Under the pieces are notes generated by a model that was not told where the DNA came from, ran no database searches, and was given only the letters and a program-made list of their open reading frames with translations. Source: Gemmatimonas sp. (GTDB lineage: Bacteria; Gemmatimonadota; Gemmatimonadetes; Gemmatimonadales; Gemmatimonadaceae). Taken from it: a DNA stretch of 64,000 bases. Within the stretch, counting starts at the first letter, position 1; each line of letters opens with the position of its first letter. Where the stretch lies: contig NZ_JBIJCN010000002.1 of NCBI RefSeq assembly GCF_044344655.1, positions 32,174 through 96,173 on the forward strand, written 5' to 3'. Positions 7,664 through 16,220 of this stretch are shown one piece after another. A program made the position numbers and the translations under genes.

Positions 7664-9655
7664 TTAGAGTCGCCGCGATTCCTCGGCGGCGTCCAGCACG
7701 TAGCCCAGTTCGCGCGACACGGCGCGCGCCTCCTCGGTGGCACTCGTCATGTCGCCGGCCGCGTCCACGCCGATCGTACGCAGCTTCACGATGTCGAAGC
7801 GCAACGAACGGAGCGCCACGCTCGCGCTGTCGAGCTGCCGCTGCATCGTGTCGCGGCGTGAGTACAGGTCGTCGAGCGAGGCCCGCTGGCGCATGAGGAG
7901 CGACAAGCGGCGCTCACGATCGGGGCTCGACTCCGGCTCCGCCTCGATGGCCGCAATGCGGCGCGCGAGGTCGGCCAGTGCACCATCCGGGAGATCGCGT
8001 TCCAACCGTTCGAGCCCGCTCGCGATGGCCCCGATGCGCTCCAGCAGCGCGTCGGCGGTCGGCTCCACATCGGGCACGAGCGCGCGATCCTGCGGCGTGA
8101 ACCGGGCAATGCTCTCCTGAATCACGAGGCGGTCGTCGGCGGCGTTGCGCACCACCTCGGTGTAGCGTGAGGTACCCGCGGTGGGGCCGCCGACGCTCTC
8201 CACGAGCTCCGCCAGTCGCTCCCGACGCGAACGGTTGTCGCGCGCGGCGGGCAACGTGCGCCATCTTTCACCCCACGCGGCACGAGGCGAGATGCCCCAG
8301 CGTCGCAGGGCGAGGGCGTGCCGCCCAGCGACCGCGAGACTGCCCAATCCCGTCACGAGGCCGCCGAGCATCGGCGCGATGAAGACCTCTTCGCTCAGCG
8401 ACACGCCAACAATGAGACTGCCAATACCGACAGCCGCCGAAGCGACGAGCCACTTCAGGCTACGGCGGAAGCCCATCACGCGATCGGCCACCTGTGCCGG
8501 TGAGGCAAGGGGCCCACTGCCCGTCACGCCGGCAACACGAGGCACGTCGATCGCCGCCGCGTAAGCTGCAGTGGCCTGTTGCCGCTCCAGCGGGCGAGGC
8601 GCGGGCGACGGCGCGCTCACCCGTCGGGGCGCCCAGTCCTCGGCGCGATGGCCGAACTTGTCGTTGAGGCGCTCGCCACGCGCGTACGCGGCCGACGGCG
8701 GTGGTGCCAACGAGCCATCGCGTTGAATGTGGCGCAAGGTATCGCGGAGCTGCAGCGCCGAGTCCCAACGATCCTGCGGCTTCTTGGCGAGGCAGCGCTC
8801 CAGGATCTCCACCAGCACGCGCGGTGCATCGGGGCGGAAGCCGGGCAGTGGTGGTGGCGTTTCGCTCACGTGCTTCATGAGCATTGCCGGCGTGCTGGCG
8901 GCATCGAACGGCAAGCGCCCCGCCAGCATGAGATACCCGATCACCCCGACGGCATAGATGTCGCTGCGCCCGTCCACCTCCTTCTCGCCCATGGCCTGCT
9001 CGGGGCTCATGAATGCGGGCGTCCCCACGGCAATCCCCGTCTGCGTGAGCCGTGCGCCGCTTTCAGCGGCGCGGGCAATCCCGAAATCGGTGACCATCGC
9101 GCGCCCCGACGCCTGATCGATCAGCACGTTGTCGGGCTTCATGTCACGATGCACCACACCGTACGCGTGCGCGTAGGCGAGAGCATCCGCCATCTGCTCC
9201 AGCATACTGGCCACGAAGGCGAACGACGGTCGCGGTTCGCGGAGAATGCGAGCCGCAAGACTCTCCCCTTCCACGAGCGACATCGCGAAGCAGACCATGC
9301 CCTGCGCCTCGTGCACGGCGTAAATCGGCACGATGTGCGGGTGGTTGAGTCGCGCCGCCGTTTGCGCCTCCCGTACGAACCGCTCGCGGACGTCGGGGCG
9401 GAAGGCAAGGTCGGGCGGCAGCACCTTAAGCGCCACCTTACGCTGCAGACGCACGTCTTCGGCGGCATACACGACCGCCATGCCGCCGCGCCCGACCTCA
9501 TGGCCGATCAGGTAGAGATCCCCGATCGCGGCGGTCACCCGGTCACGCAGCATCGTGGCATCGATGGCATGGGCTCGCGCCGTGCCCGCGGCCGCTGGCT
9601 GCTCCGGGAACCGTTCCGGCAGCGGGTCCGCGGCCCCGTCGGGGGTGTCGAACAT
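7664..9655 (-). CDS. Hanks-type Ser/Thr kinase with a TM hairpin and C-terminal coiled coil (paralog 1)
   Basis: GRGGMAVVY, VALK, HRDMKPDN, DFG, GTPAFMSPEQ; two hydrophobic helices; long heptad tail. Confidence 0.95.
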   Translation of the reverse strand: MFDTPDGAADPLPERFPEQPAAAGTARAHAIDATMLRDRVTAAIGDLYLIGHEVGRGGMAVVYAAEDVRLQRKVALKVLPPDLAFRPDVRERFVREAQTAARLNHPHIVPIYAVHEAQGMVCFAMSLVEGESLAARILREPRPSFAFVASMLEQMADALAYAHAYGVVHRDMKPDNVLIDQASGRAMVTDFGIARAAESGARLTQTGIAVGTPAFMSPEQAMGEKEVDGRSDIYAVGVIGYLMLAGRLPFDAASTPAMLMKHVSETPPPLPGFRPDAPRVLVEILERCLAKKPQDRWDSALQLRDTLRHIQRDGSLAPPPSAAYARGERLNDKFGHRAEDWAPRRVSAPSPAPRPLERQQATAAYAAAIDVPRVAGVTGSGPLASPAQVADRVMGFRRSLKWLVASAAVGIGSLIVGVSLSEEVFIAPMLGGLVTGLGSLAVAGRHALALRRWGISPRAAWGERWRTLPAARDNRSRRERLAELVESVGGPTAGTSRYTEVVRNAADDRLVIQESIARFTPQDRALVPDVEPTADALLERIGAIASGLERLERDLPDGALADLARRIAAIEAEPESSPDRERRLSLLMRQRASLDDLYSRRDTMQRQLDSASVALRSLRFDIVKLRTIGVDAAGDMTSATEEARAVSRELGYVLDAAEESRRL

Positions 9656-9669
9656 GCCGACGCCCGCGC

Positions 9670-11787
9670 TCAGGCGGCGCCGGCGCCCGAACGCGCCGAC
9701 GTGAGGTCGCGCACCTCGTTTGCGGCCTGGACCGCGATGTCCACGTCACGCGCGAGCTGCATGGCCTGCTCTGCCACGAGGGTGACGCTTTGCACCGAAC
9801 TGCTGCCGGTGCGGAGTCGTACCAGATCGAGCCGCACGTTCTCGAGCGCAAGGCGGCAGCTCTCGAGCTGGCCGCGCCGCGATTCCAGCTTTCCCTGCCC
9901 CTCCACGAGCGCACGCCGCTCACGGCGGAGCTGCGCGAGCCGACGCACGCGCGCCTCACTGCGGGTGGTGTCGAGCGGATTAGCCTCCCCCTCGAGGGTG
10001 GTGATCTCCTGCTCCACGCGCCCGAGCAGGTCAGGCGACGTCGACGCTTCCAGCCGCACGAGATCCCTCGCGATGGTCTCGAGCGTGTTGACGAGATCCA
10101 CCGCCGTGGCGGTCACGTTGGGAATGCGCTTGCGCTCGTCCGCCGGCAGTGTGTCGATGAGACGCCCGATCTCCTCACGGTCGGCACGCGCGGCACGCAC
10201 GAGCGGCACGTAGCTCCCAAGCTCCTCGTCGCGCGCTGGCGTCAGCGGCGCGACCGCTCCGCGCCGGCCGGACGCACCGGCCGTCACGTTCGCATGGCCC
10301 GTGCCAATGGTGAGCGCCCCCGACAGCCGGTTCCGCAGCTTCCCCTGCGCACGCAGCTCCTCGCGCTTCTTGGTGCTGAACGTGGCAATCACGCTGTTGG
10401 TGAGGTCCTCGATCACCTCGCCGAACAGCCGATGCTTGGGCTGCCGCAGCACGTCCTTCCAGTCGAAGCCATCGGACCAGAGCTTCGCATACTGCCACGC
10501 CATGAACACCGTCCAGATGGTGGTCACACCGGAGAAGCCGGCATCGCCGACGACCGACAGCACCACGAACGCGGCGTTCACGTACAGATACGGCACCAGC
10601 TGCTTGCGGAACTTCCGCACTGGCGGCGCTTCCCAGCGCGCGAGATCGGCGGCCGTGGGGACATACGCGTCGTCGGTGCGGTCGTTCTCGCCGGCATATC
10701 CGCCGCCGTACGCTCCACCCGTGTACGATGGCACCACCGGACCGCCCGCCGGCGCGGTGCTCATGGTGCGCGGCGAATAGGCCGGGGGCTGGTAGGCGGG
10801 CGCACCGGCCGACGGAATGACCATGCCGCCGATGGGCGCCCCGTTGAAGGTCACGGGCGCGCTCGACAACGGTGGCGTCGATGCGGTGGTCCCCGCCGGC
10901 GCCGGTGGCACCATGCCGGTCTTGAGCGCCTGCGTGAGCTCCGTGGCGGCCTGGAAGCGATGATCGGGGTTCTTCTCCAGCAGCCGCATCACGATCGCCG
11001 CGAGGTCCGGTGGAACGTCCGCGCGTCGCTGCGTGATCGGCACCGGCGCTTCGGCCAGATGCTTCACGAGCAGCGCCGGCGTGGTGGTGCCGAGGAACGG
11101 CGGCTCACCGCACAGCATCTGGTACGCGACGATGCCGAGCGAATAGAGATCGCTCCGTGCATCGAGGTCGCGATCACCTGATGCCTGCTCGGGACTCATG
11201 TACGCGGGTGTGCCGATCGCCGTGCCGGTGGCCGTCAGGCGCGACATGTCCCCACTGTCGGTGGCCGCGCGCGCAATGCCGAAGTCGGTCACCAGGGCGC
11301 GGCCATCGATGCCATCGAGCAGGATGTTGTCGGGCTTGATGTCGCGATGGACCACGCCGCGCGCGTGCGCGTAGGAAAGCGCGTCACTCACTTCCGCGAG
11401 CCAGCGACGCACCTGCTCGATAGGGAGCGGCCCGCGCAGCTGCAGCAGCTTGGCGAGGTTGTCGCCATCGATGCACGCCATCACGAAGAACACCAGATTC
11501 CCCACCTCGTCGACCGAGTAAATGGGCACGATGTTCGGGTGACTCAACTGCGCGGCGGTTTCGGCTTCCCGCAGGAACCGCGAGCGCACGTCGCGGCGGA
11601 ACGAGAGCTCCGGTGGCAGCAGCTTGATCGCCACGTGCCGCTTGAGGCGGCGGTCGCGGGCACGGTAGACGATGCCCATGCCGCCGCGGCCGATCTCCTG
11701 GTCGAGCTCGTAGGCGGCGCTGAGCGCCTGCTCGACGTGAGCGCGGAGTTCGGCGTCTTCGGCGTGATGGGCGGCGTTGTCGGACAC
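9670..11787 (-). CDS. Hanks-type Ser/Thr kinase with a TM hairpin and C-terminal coiled coil (paralog 2)
   Basis: GRGGMGIVY, VAIK, HRDIKPDN, DFG, GTPAYMSPEQ; 2TM-like segment; tail homologous to paralog 1. GTG start. Confidence 0.95.
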   Translation of the reverse strand: MSDNAAHHAEDAELRAHVEQALSAAYELDQEIGRGGMGIVYRARDRRLKRHVAIKLLPPELSFRRDVRSRFLREAETAAQLSHPNIVPIYSVDEVGNLVFFVMACIDGDNLAKLLQLRGPLPIEQVRRWLAEVSDALSYAHARGVVHRDIKPDNILLDGIDGRALVTDFGIARAATDSGDMSRLTATGTAIGTPAYMSPEQASGDRDLDARSDLYSLGIVAYQMLCGEPPFLGTTTPALLVKHLAEAPVPITQRRADVPPDLAAIVMRLLEKNPDHRFQAATELTQALKTGMVPPAPAGTTASTPPLSSAPVTFNGAPIGGMVIPSAGAPAYQPPAYSPRTMSTAPAGGPVVPSYTGGAYGGGYAGENDRTDDAYVPTAADLARWEAPPVRKFRKQLVPYLYVNAAFVVLSVVGDAGFSGVTTIWTVFMAWQYAKLWSDGFDWKDVLRQPKHRLFGEVIEDLTNSVIATFSTKKREELRAQGKLRNRLSGALTIGTGHANVTAGASGRRGAVAPLTPARDEELGSYVPLVRAARADREEIGRLIDTLPADERKRIPNVTATAVDLVNTLETIARDLVRLEASTSPDLLGRVEQEITTLEGEANPLDTTRSEARVRRLAQLRRERRALVEGQGKLESRRGQLESCRLALENVRLDLVRLRTGSSSVQSVTLVAEQAMQLARDVDIAVQAANEVRDLTSARSGAGAA

Positions 11788-11898
11788 GCGTAGGGGACTT
11801 GGGGAGGTGAACCGGCCTGTCCTAGTGTAGCACCGGAGGGAAACCGGGTACAGCTTCCCGCCGGGACGGTGCGTGCCATTCCGCGCGGTACGTCCCGT

Positions 11899-11952
11899 GC
11901 GTCCTGCGCGTCCTGCGGGTCCTGCGCGTCCTGCGCGTCCTGCGCGTCCTGC
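11899..11952 (+). repeat. 6 x 9-bp tandem repeat (GCGTCCTGC) in the kinase/lon divergent region
   Basis: Five exact copies plus one GGGTCCTGC variant. Confidence 0.9.
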
Positions 11953-12210
11953 GAGCCCCGGGGAACATGAGACCTACGGGTCCAGCCCGGCCAAAAGTTG
12001 CAAAATGACTCACCGTGGGGAACACCGATGTGCGGCGACGGCCGTGGCCGCCCAGCGCCCCCGTCCCCGTTGCTGCTAGACTGGCTGGCCGTCCGACGAT
12101 TCGGCTCGTCACCGGCCGTGTCTGGTTGCAAAACCTGCCGCAATGGCGTAATCCCGACGGTGCGGATCGTGCCTCCCTTGAGGCGCCATTCCTCTCTTTC
12201 AGGATTCGAC

Positions 12211-14757
12211 ATGGGCCAGCGCCAGACACTTCCCGTTCTGCCTCTTCGCGGTACGGTCATGTTCCCCGGGATCACCGCGCCGATTGCGGCGGGGCGACCG
12301 GGGACCCTGCGGGCGATTGAGACGGCGCTCAAGGGCGACCGCCTCGTTTTCGCCGTCGCGCAGCGGGACAACACCGAGGAGCCGACCCCCGACATTCTGT
12401 TCAACACGGGGGTGATCGCCCGCATTGGCCAGGTGCAGCGCGGCCTCGGCGGCGTGCAGCTGCTCCTGCAGGGAGAGCAGCGCGCCACGGCACTGCAATT
12501 CAGCGAGCAGGATGGTCATCTCACGGCGGTCATCGTACCCGCCGAGGAGATGATGCCGCTCGACGTGAAAGACCCGGCATTCACCGCGCTGCACAAGGAA
12601 GCCCGCGAGCGCGCCGCCGAACTGGGTGAGAAGCGCGGCCTCCCGGAAGAAGTCGTGCACCAGGTGCTCGACTCCGTCGAGGACGCCGGCCGTTTCGCCG
12701 ACCTCGTGGCGGGCTACATCGAACTCACTGTACCCGAGAAGCAGGGGCTCCTCGAGACGCTCAGCGTGGAGGAGCGCCTCCGTCGCGTCCTGGTGCATGT
12801 CCAGCGGCAAATCGGCCTCCTCGAAGCCCAGGAGGATATCAAGACGCAGGTGCAGGAGGAGCTCGGCGAGCGTCAACGCGAAATGTTCCTGCGCGAGCAG
12901 CTCAAGGCGATCCAGAAGGAACTCGGCGACGACGACTCCTCGAAGGAGATCACCGAGCTGCGTGAGAAGCTCCGCAAACTCGACCTCCCCAAGGAGGCGG
13001 GCGCCGAAGTCGAGCGCGAGCTGGGGCGCCTCGAGCGTGCCGGCCGTGAGAGCATGGAGGCACAGGTCATTCGCACCTACCTCGAATGGATCGCCGAACT
13101 GCCCTGGACCACGCGCAGCGACGATCAGCTGGAGTTGGCGCGCGCGGGTGAGATCCTCGACGAGGATCACTACGGGCTGAAGGACGTGAAGGATCGCGTG
13201 CTGGAGTTCCTCGCCGTCAGGCAGCTCCGCGCGCAGCACGTGGCGGCGGCTGTGGCCACAGCTGGCGAGTTCCCGGTGTCGAAGCTCAAGGGCGAGGCGA
13301 GCGACGCAACGCCCTCCCTCGGTGGCAACGGGGAGGACCGGCAGATCACTGATACCAAGGAAGCCAAGGCCCGCGCGATGGCGCGAGGGCCGATCCTGCT
13401 CTTCAACGGCCCGCCGGGGGTGGGCAAGACGAGCATTGCGAAGTCGATCGCGCGCGCGCTTGGCCGCGAGTACGTGCGCGTGGCGCTCGGTGGCGCGCGC
13501 GACGAGGCCGACATCCGTGGGCATCGCCGCACCTATGTGGGGGCCATGCCCGGACGCATCATTCAGGGGATGAAGCAGGCCGCCAGCAAGAACCCCGTGT
13601 TCTTGCTCGATGAGGTGGACAAGTTGGGGCAGTCGTATCAGGGCGATCCGTCGAGCGCGCTGCTGGAAGTGCTCGACCCGGCGCAGAACGATTCGTTTAC
13701 CGATCACTATCTCGGCGTGCAGTTCGACCTGAGCGAAGTGCTCTTCATCGCCACATCGAACTTCATTCAGAACATCCCCGGGCCGCTGCTGGACCGCATG
13801 GAGGTGGTGACGTTCAGCGGCTATACCGAGCGCGAGAAGGCGGAGATCGCCAAGACGTATCTCGTGCCGCGGCAGCTCGAGGAATCAGGGCTGGCCGGAC
13901 GCCATCTCACCTTCACCGACGACGCGGTGATGAAGGTGATCAGCGAGTACACCCGCGAGAGCGGCGTGCGTCAGCTGGAGCGTCAGCTCGGCGCCGTGGC
14001 GCGCAAGGTGGCACGCCGCGTGGCCATGGGGGACGCGGCCACGATCGACGACAAGGTGATCAGCGCCGAGGAAGTGCGCGAACTCCTGGGGCGCCCCAAG
14101 GTGCACCCTGAGCGTGCCGCCGAGCACGACGAGGTGGGCATCTCCACAGGGATGTACTACACGCCCATGGGCGGCGACATCATGTTCGTGGAAGCGAGCA
14201 TCCGTCGCGGCGCCACGCGCACGCGTCCGACCGAGGATGAGGAAGCGGTACGCGTGGGGCCGATCTCGCTGATCCTCACCGGCCAGCTCGGCGACGTGAT
14301 GAAAGAAAGTGCGCGGGCCGCGCTCACCTACGCCACGAACAACGCCGAGTCGCTGGGCATCCCCGCCGACCGGGTGGCGAGTGCGAGCGAAGCGCACATC
14401 CACGTGCCGGCCGGCGCGATCCCCAAGGACGGCCCGAGCGCCGGCATCGCCATCGCCACGGCGCTCGTCAGCGAGATGTCGAACCGCAAGGTGCGCCGCG
14501 ACGTGGCGATGACGGGCGAGATCACGCTGCGCGGTCGGGTACTCCCCATCGGTGGCGTGAAAGAGAAGGTGCTGGGCGCGCACCGTGCCGGCATCACAAC
14601 GGTCATCATCCCGAAGGCCAACGAGGCGGACCTGGAGGATGTGCCGGAAGAAGTGCGCAAGCAACTCACGTTCCACTGCGTGGAGACCCTGCGCGACGTG
14701 CTGAAGATCGCTGTGGTGGAAAGCCCGGTCGAGGCGGAGCCGGTGGTGGGGGGGTGA
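12211..14757 (+). CDS. lon: Lon protease (LonA)
   Basis: N-domain LPVLPLRG, Walker A GPPGVGKT, LLDEVDK, PKDGPSAG (catalytic Ser), IGGVKEK; start moved to ATG 12211. Confidence 0.97.
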   Translation: MGQRQTLPVLPLRGTVMFPGITAPIAAGRPGTLRAIETALKGDRLVFAVAQRDNTEEPTPDILFNTGVIARIGQVQRGLGGVQLLLQGEQRATALQFSEQDGHLTAVIVPAEEMMPLDVKDPAFTALHKEARERAAELGEKRGLPEEVVHQVLDSVEDAGRFADLVAGYIELTVPEKQGLLETLSVEERLRRVLVHVQRQIGLLEAQEDIKTQVQEELGERQREMFLREQLKAIQKELGDDDSSKEITELREKLRKLDLPKEAGAEVERELGRLERAGRESMEAQVIRTYLEWIAELPWTTRSDDQLELARAGEILDEDHYGLKDVKDRVLEFLAVRQLRAQHVAAAVATAGEFPVSKLKGEASDATPSLGGNGEDRQITDTKEAKARAMARGPILLFNGPPGVGKTSIAKSIARALGREYVRVALGGARDEADIRGHRRTYVGAMPGRIIQGMKQAASKNPVFLLDEVDKLGQSYQGDPSSALLEVLDPAQNDSFTDHYLGVQFDLSEVLFIATSNFIQNIPGPLLDRMEVVTFSGYTEREKAEIAKTYLVPRQLEESGLAGRHLTFTDDAVMKVISEYTRESGVRQLERQLGAVARKVARRVAMGDAATIDDKVISAEEVRELLGRPKVHPERAAEHDEVGISTGMYYTPMGGDIMFVEASIRRGATRTRPTEDEEAVRVGPISLILTGQLGDVMKESARAALTYATNNAESLGIPADRVASASEAHIHVPAGAIPKDGPSAGIAIATALVSEMSNRKVRRDVAMTGEITLRGRVLPIGGVKEKVLGAHRAGITTVIIPKANEADLEDVPEEVRKQLTFHCVETLRDVLKIAVVESPVEAEPVVGG

Positions 14758-14912
14758 CCGGCAGCAGCGACTCGTACGTGGCCACCCGAAACGCGGGACG
14801 CAATCCGAACGTGCCACCGCCGGCGCGGCCGATCAGTGGGCCGACGCCTGGCGGATGGGCAGGAAGCAGGTCAACAGGAGTGCCGCGGCGCTGATGCGCG
14901 CGCGACGGATGC

Positions 14913-15824
14913 TCACGGGTTACGGACCGGCGCGTTGGGGGAAACCGGCGGGCGCACGATGCGGCGAGAGGCCGACGCACCGGCGTCACCCGACGTGCCA
15001 CCCGTCGAGGCCGGACGCACCTCGGCGTTCACTTCGTTGGTCAGCAGCATCGGCGCCTTGCCGTCGGTCACGATGACCTTGGCATTGGGGCTGCGCGCCA
15101 GCTCGCGGAACGCCTCGATCGACTGATAGCTGATGATGGCGGGCGAGAGCCCCTGCGCAATGATGGCCCACGAGTCGCGGATACCCTGCGCCTCGATCGT
15201 GCGGCGTTCGGCTTCCTGACGCTCACGATCGAGCACGAATTTCATCTGCTCCGAGCGCTGCTCCGCCTCGAGCTTTTCCTCGATGGCGCGCGCCAGGTCG
15301 GCCGGGAGGCGAATGCTCTTGAGGAGCACATTCTCCACGACGAAGCCACGCGGCGACAGCACTTCCATCATTTGCGTCTTGATGGCCTGCTCGATGCCCG
15401 TACGCGTTCCCGAGTGCATGTCCTTGGCCATGTAGCGCGCGGACACGTCGGCCGCCGCCGAACGGAAGACGGGGATGATCACGTCCTCCTCGTAGCTCAC
15501 ACCGCTGCTCTCGAGGATCTGCCGGATGTTCTCCGTCTTGGCGCGGTACAGAATCGAGACTTCGGCCGCCACGTTGAGCCCTTCCTTCGAGGGCATCTCG
15601 AGGCGCACTTCGCGGTTCACGACACGTGCAGGCACACGCAGCACGGAGTTGACGCCGGGGATGATGAACTGGGCGCCGGGCTGTAGCGGTCCGCTGGCGA
15701 TTCGCCCGAACGACGTCTTCACGCCGATTTCGTCCTGGCGGATGGTGGCGCACCCGGTAAGGACGGGGAGCGCGAGGAGCGCGCCGATCGCGGGGCGCGA
15801 CAGGGAGACAGACGAGATTCGCAT
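14913..15824 (-). CDS. SPFH/prohibitin (band-7) family lipoprotein
   Basis: Lipobox LTG|C; EIGVKTSFG, MPSKEGLNV, prohibitin-like AIEEKLEAEQ...AERRTIEAQG, NAKVIV. Confidence 0.9.
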   Translation of the reverse strand: MRISSVSLSRPAIGALLALPVLTGCATIRQDEIGVKTSFGRIASGPLQPGAQFIIPGVNSVLRVPARVVNREVRLEMPSKEGLNVAAEVSILYRAKTENIRQILESSGVSYEEDVIIPVFRSAAADVSARYMAKDMHSGTRTGIEQAIKTQMMEVLSPRGFVVENVLLKSIRLPADLARAIEEKLEAEQRSEQMKFVLDRERQEAERRTIEAQGIRDSWAIIAQGLSPAIISYQSIEAFRELARSPNAKVIVTDGKAPMLLTNEVNAEVRPASTGGTSGDAGASASRRIVRPPVSPNAPVRNP

Positions 15825-15919
15825 GGCTGCATCGGGATGTGCGAAGTGCGAGCGCTCCGCGTATTCCGCGATATCCTCAGGCTATACAGCCCGTGCGGTA
15901 CAGCCGACATCACGGTCGC

Positions 15920-16040
15920 GAAGGTCTCGCGCATCGCTCAGCGAGCGACCTGCCGGCCCGTGCGCCCTCGCACGCGCAGTGTTGACGAACCGGCAGCATC
16001 CGGCGGGCGCTCACCCGCCGGACGAGGCTACTCCCCTTCA
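15920..16040 (-). ncRNA. yybP-ykoY (Mn2+-sensing) riboswitch
   Basis: Minus strand: GAAGGGGAGUAGC; P2 UCCGGCGGG/CCCGCCGGA; P3 GCCGGU/GCCGGC with the UCGUCAACAC loop; P4 UCGCUC/GAGCGA; GCGAGACCUUC closing P1. A TATATT -10 (16047-16052) lies 6 nt upstream. Confidence 0.88.
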
Positions 16041-16220
16041 AGTGGCAATATAGGTCACCGCGACGACTTCGAGAAATTGATTGTCGCTATGGCATGCTTC
16101 GAGGAATTCGATGGAGTTCCGCGAAACCATTCAGTCCCGGAAAATATGCAGATCGTCCCTGCGAGGCCGACACCGAAGTGGCGACGCAACGCGACGGAGA
16201 GCCGCGCCGAGCGTCGTTCA

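Noticed and set aside
11899-11952. Tandem repeats as possible CRISPR arrays (also 276-311 and 62671-62711)
   Set aside because: Units are contiguous with no spacers, and no cas genes are present.
11790-12210. CIRCE/HrcA operator upstream of lon (also checked before htpX)
   Set aside because: No TTAGCACTC-N9-GAGTGCTAA match.
15719-15934. 71-aa ORF starting inside the Mn riboswitch
   Set aside because: Overlaps the aptamer and the SPFH gene out of frame; no SD or protein-like pattern.
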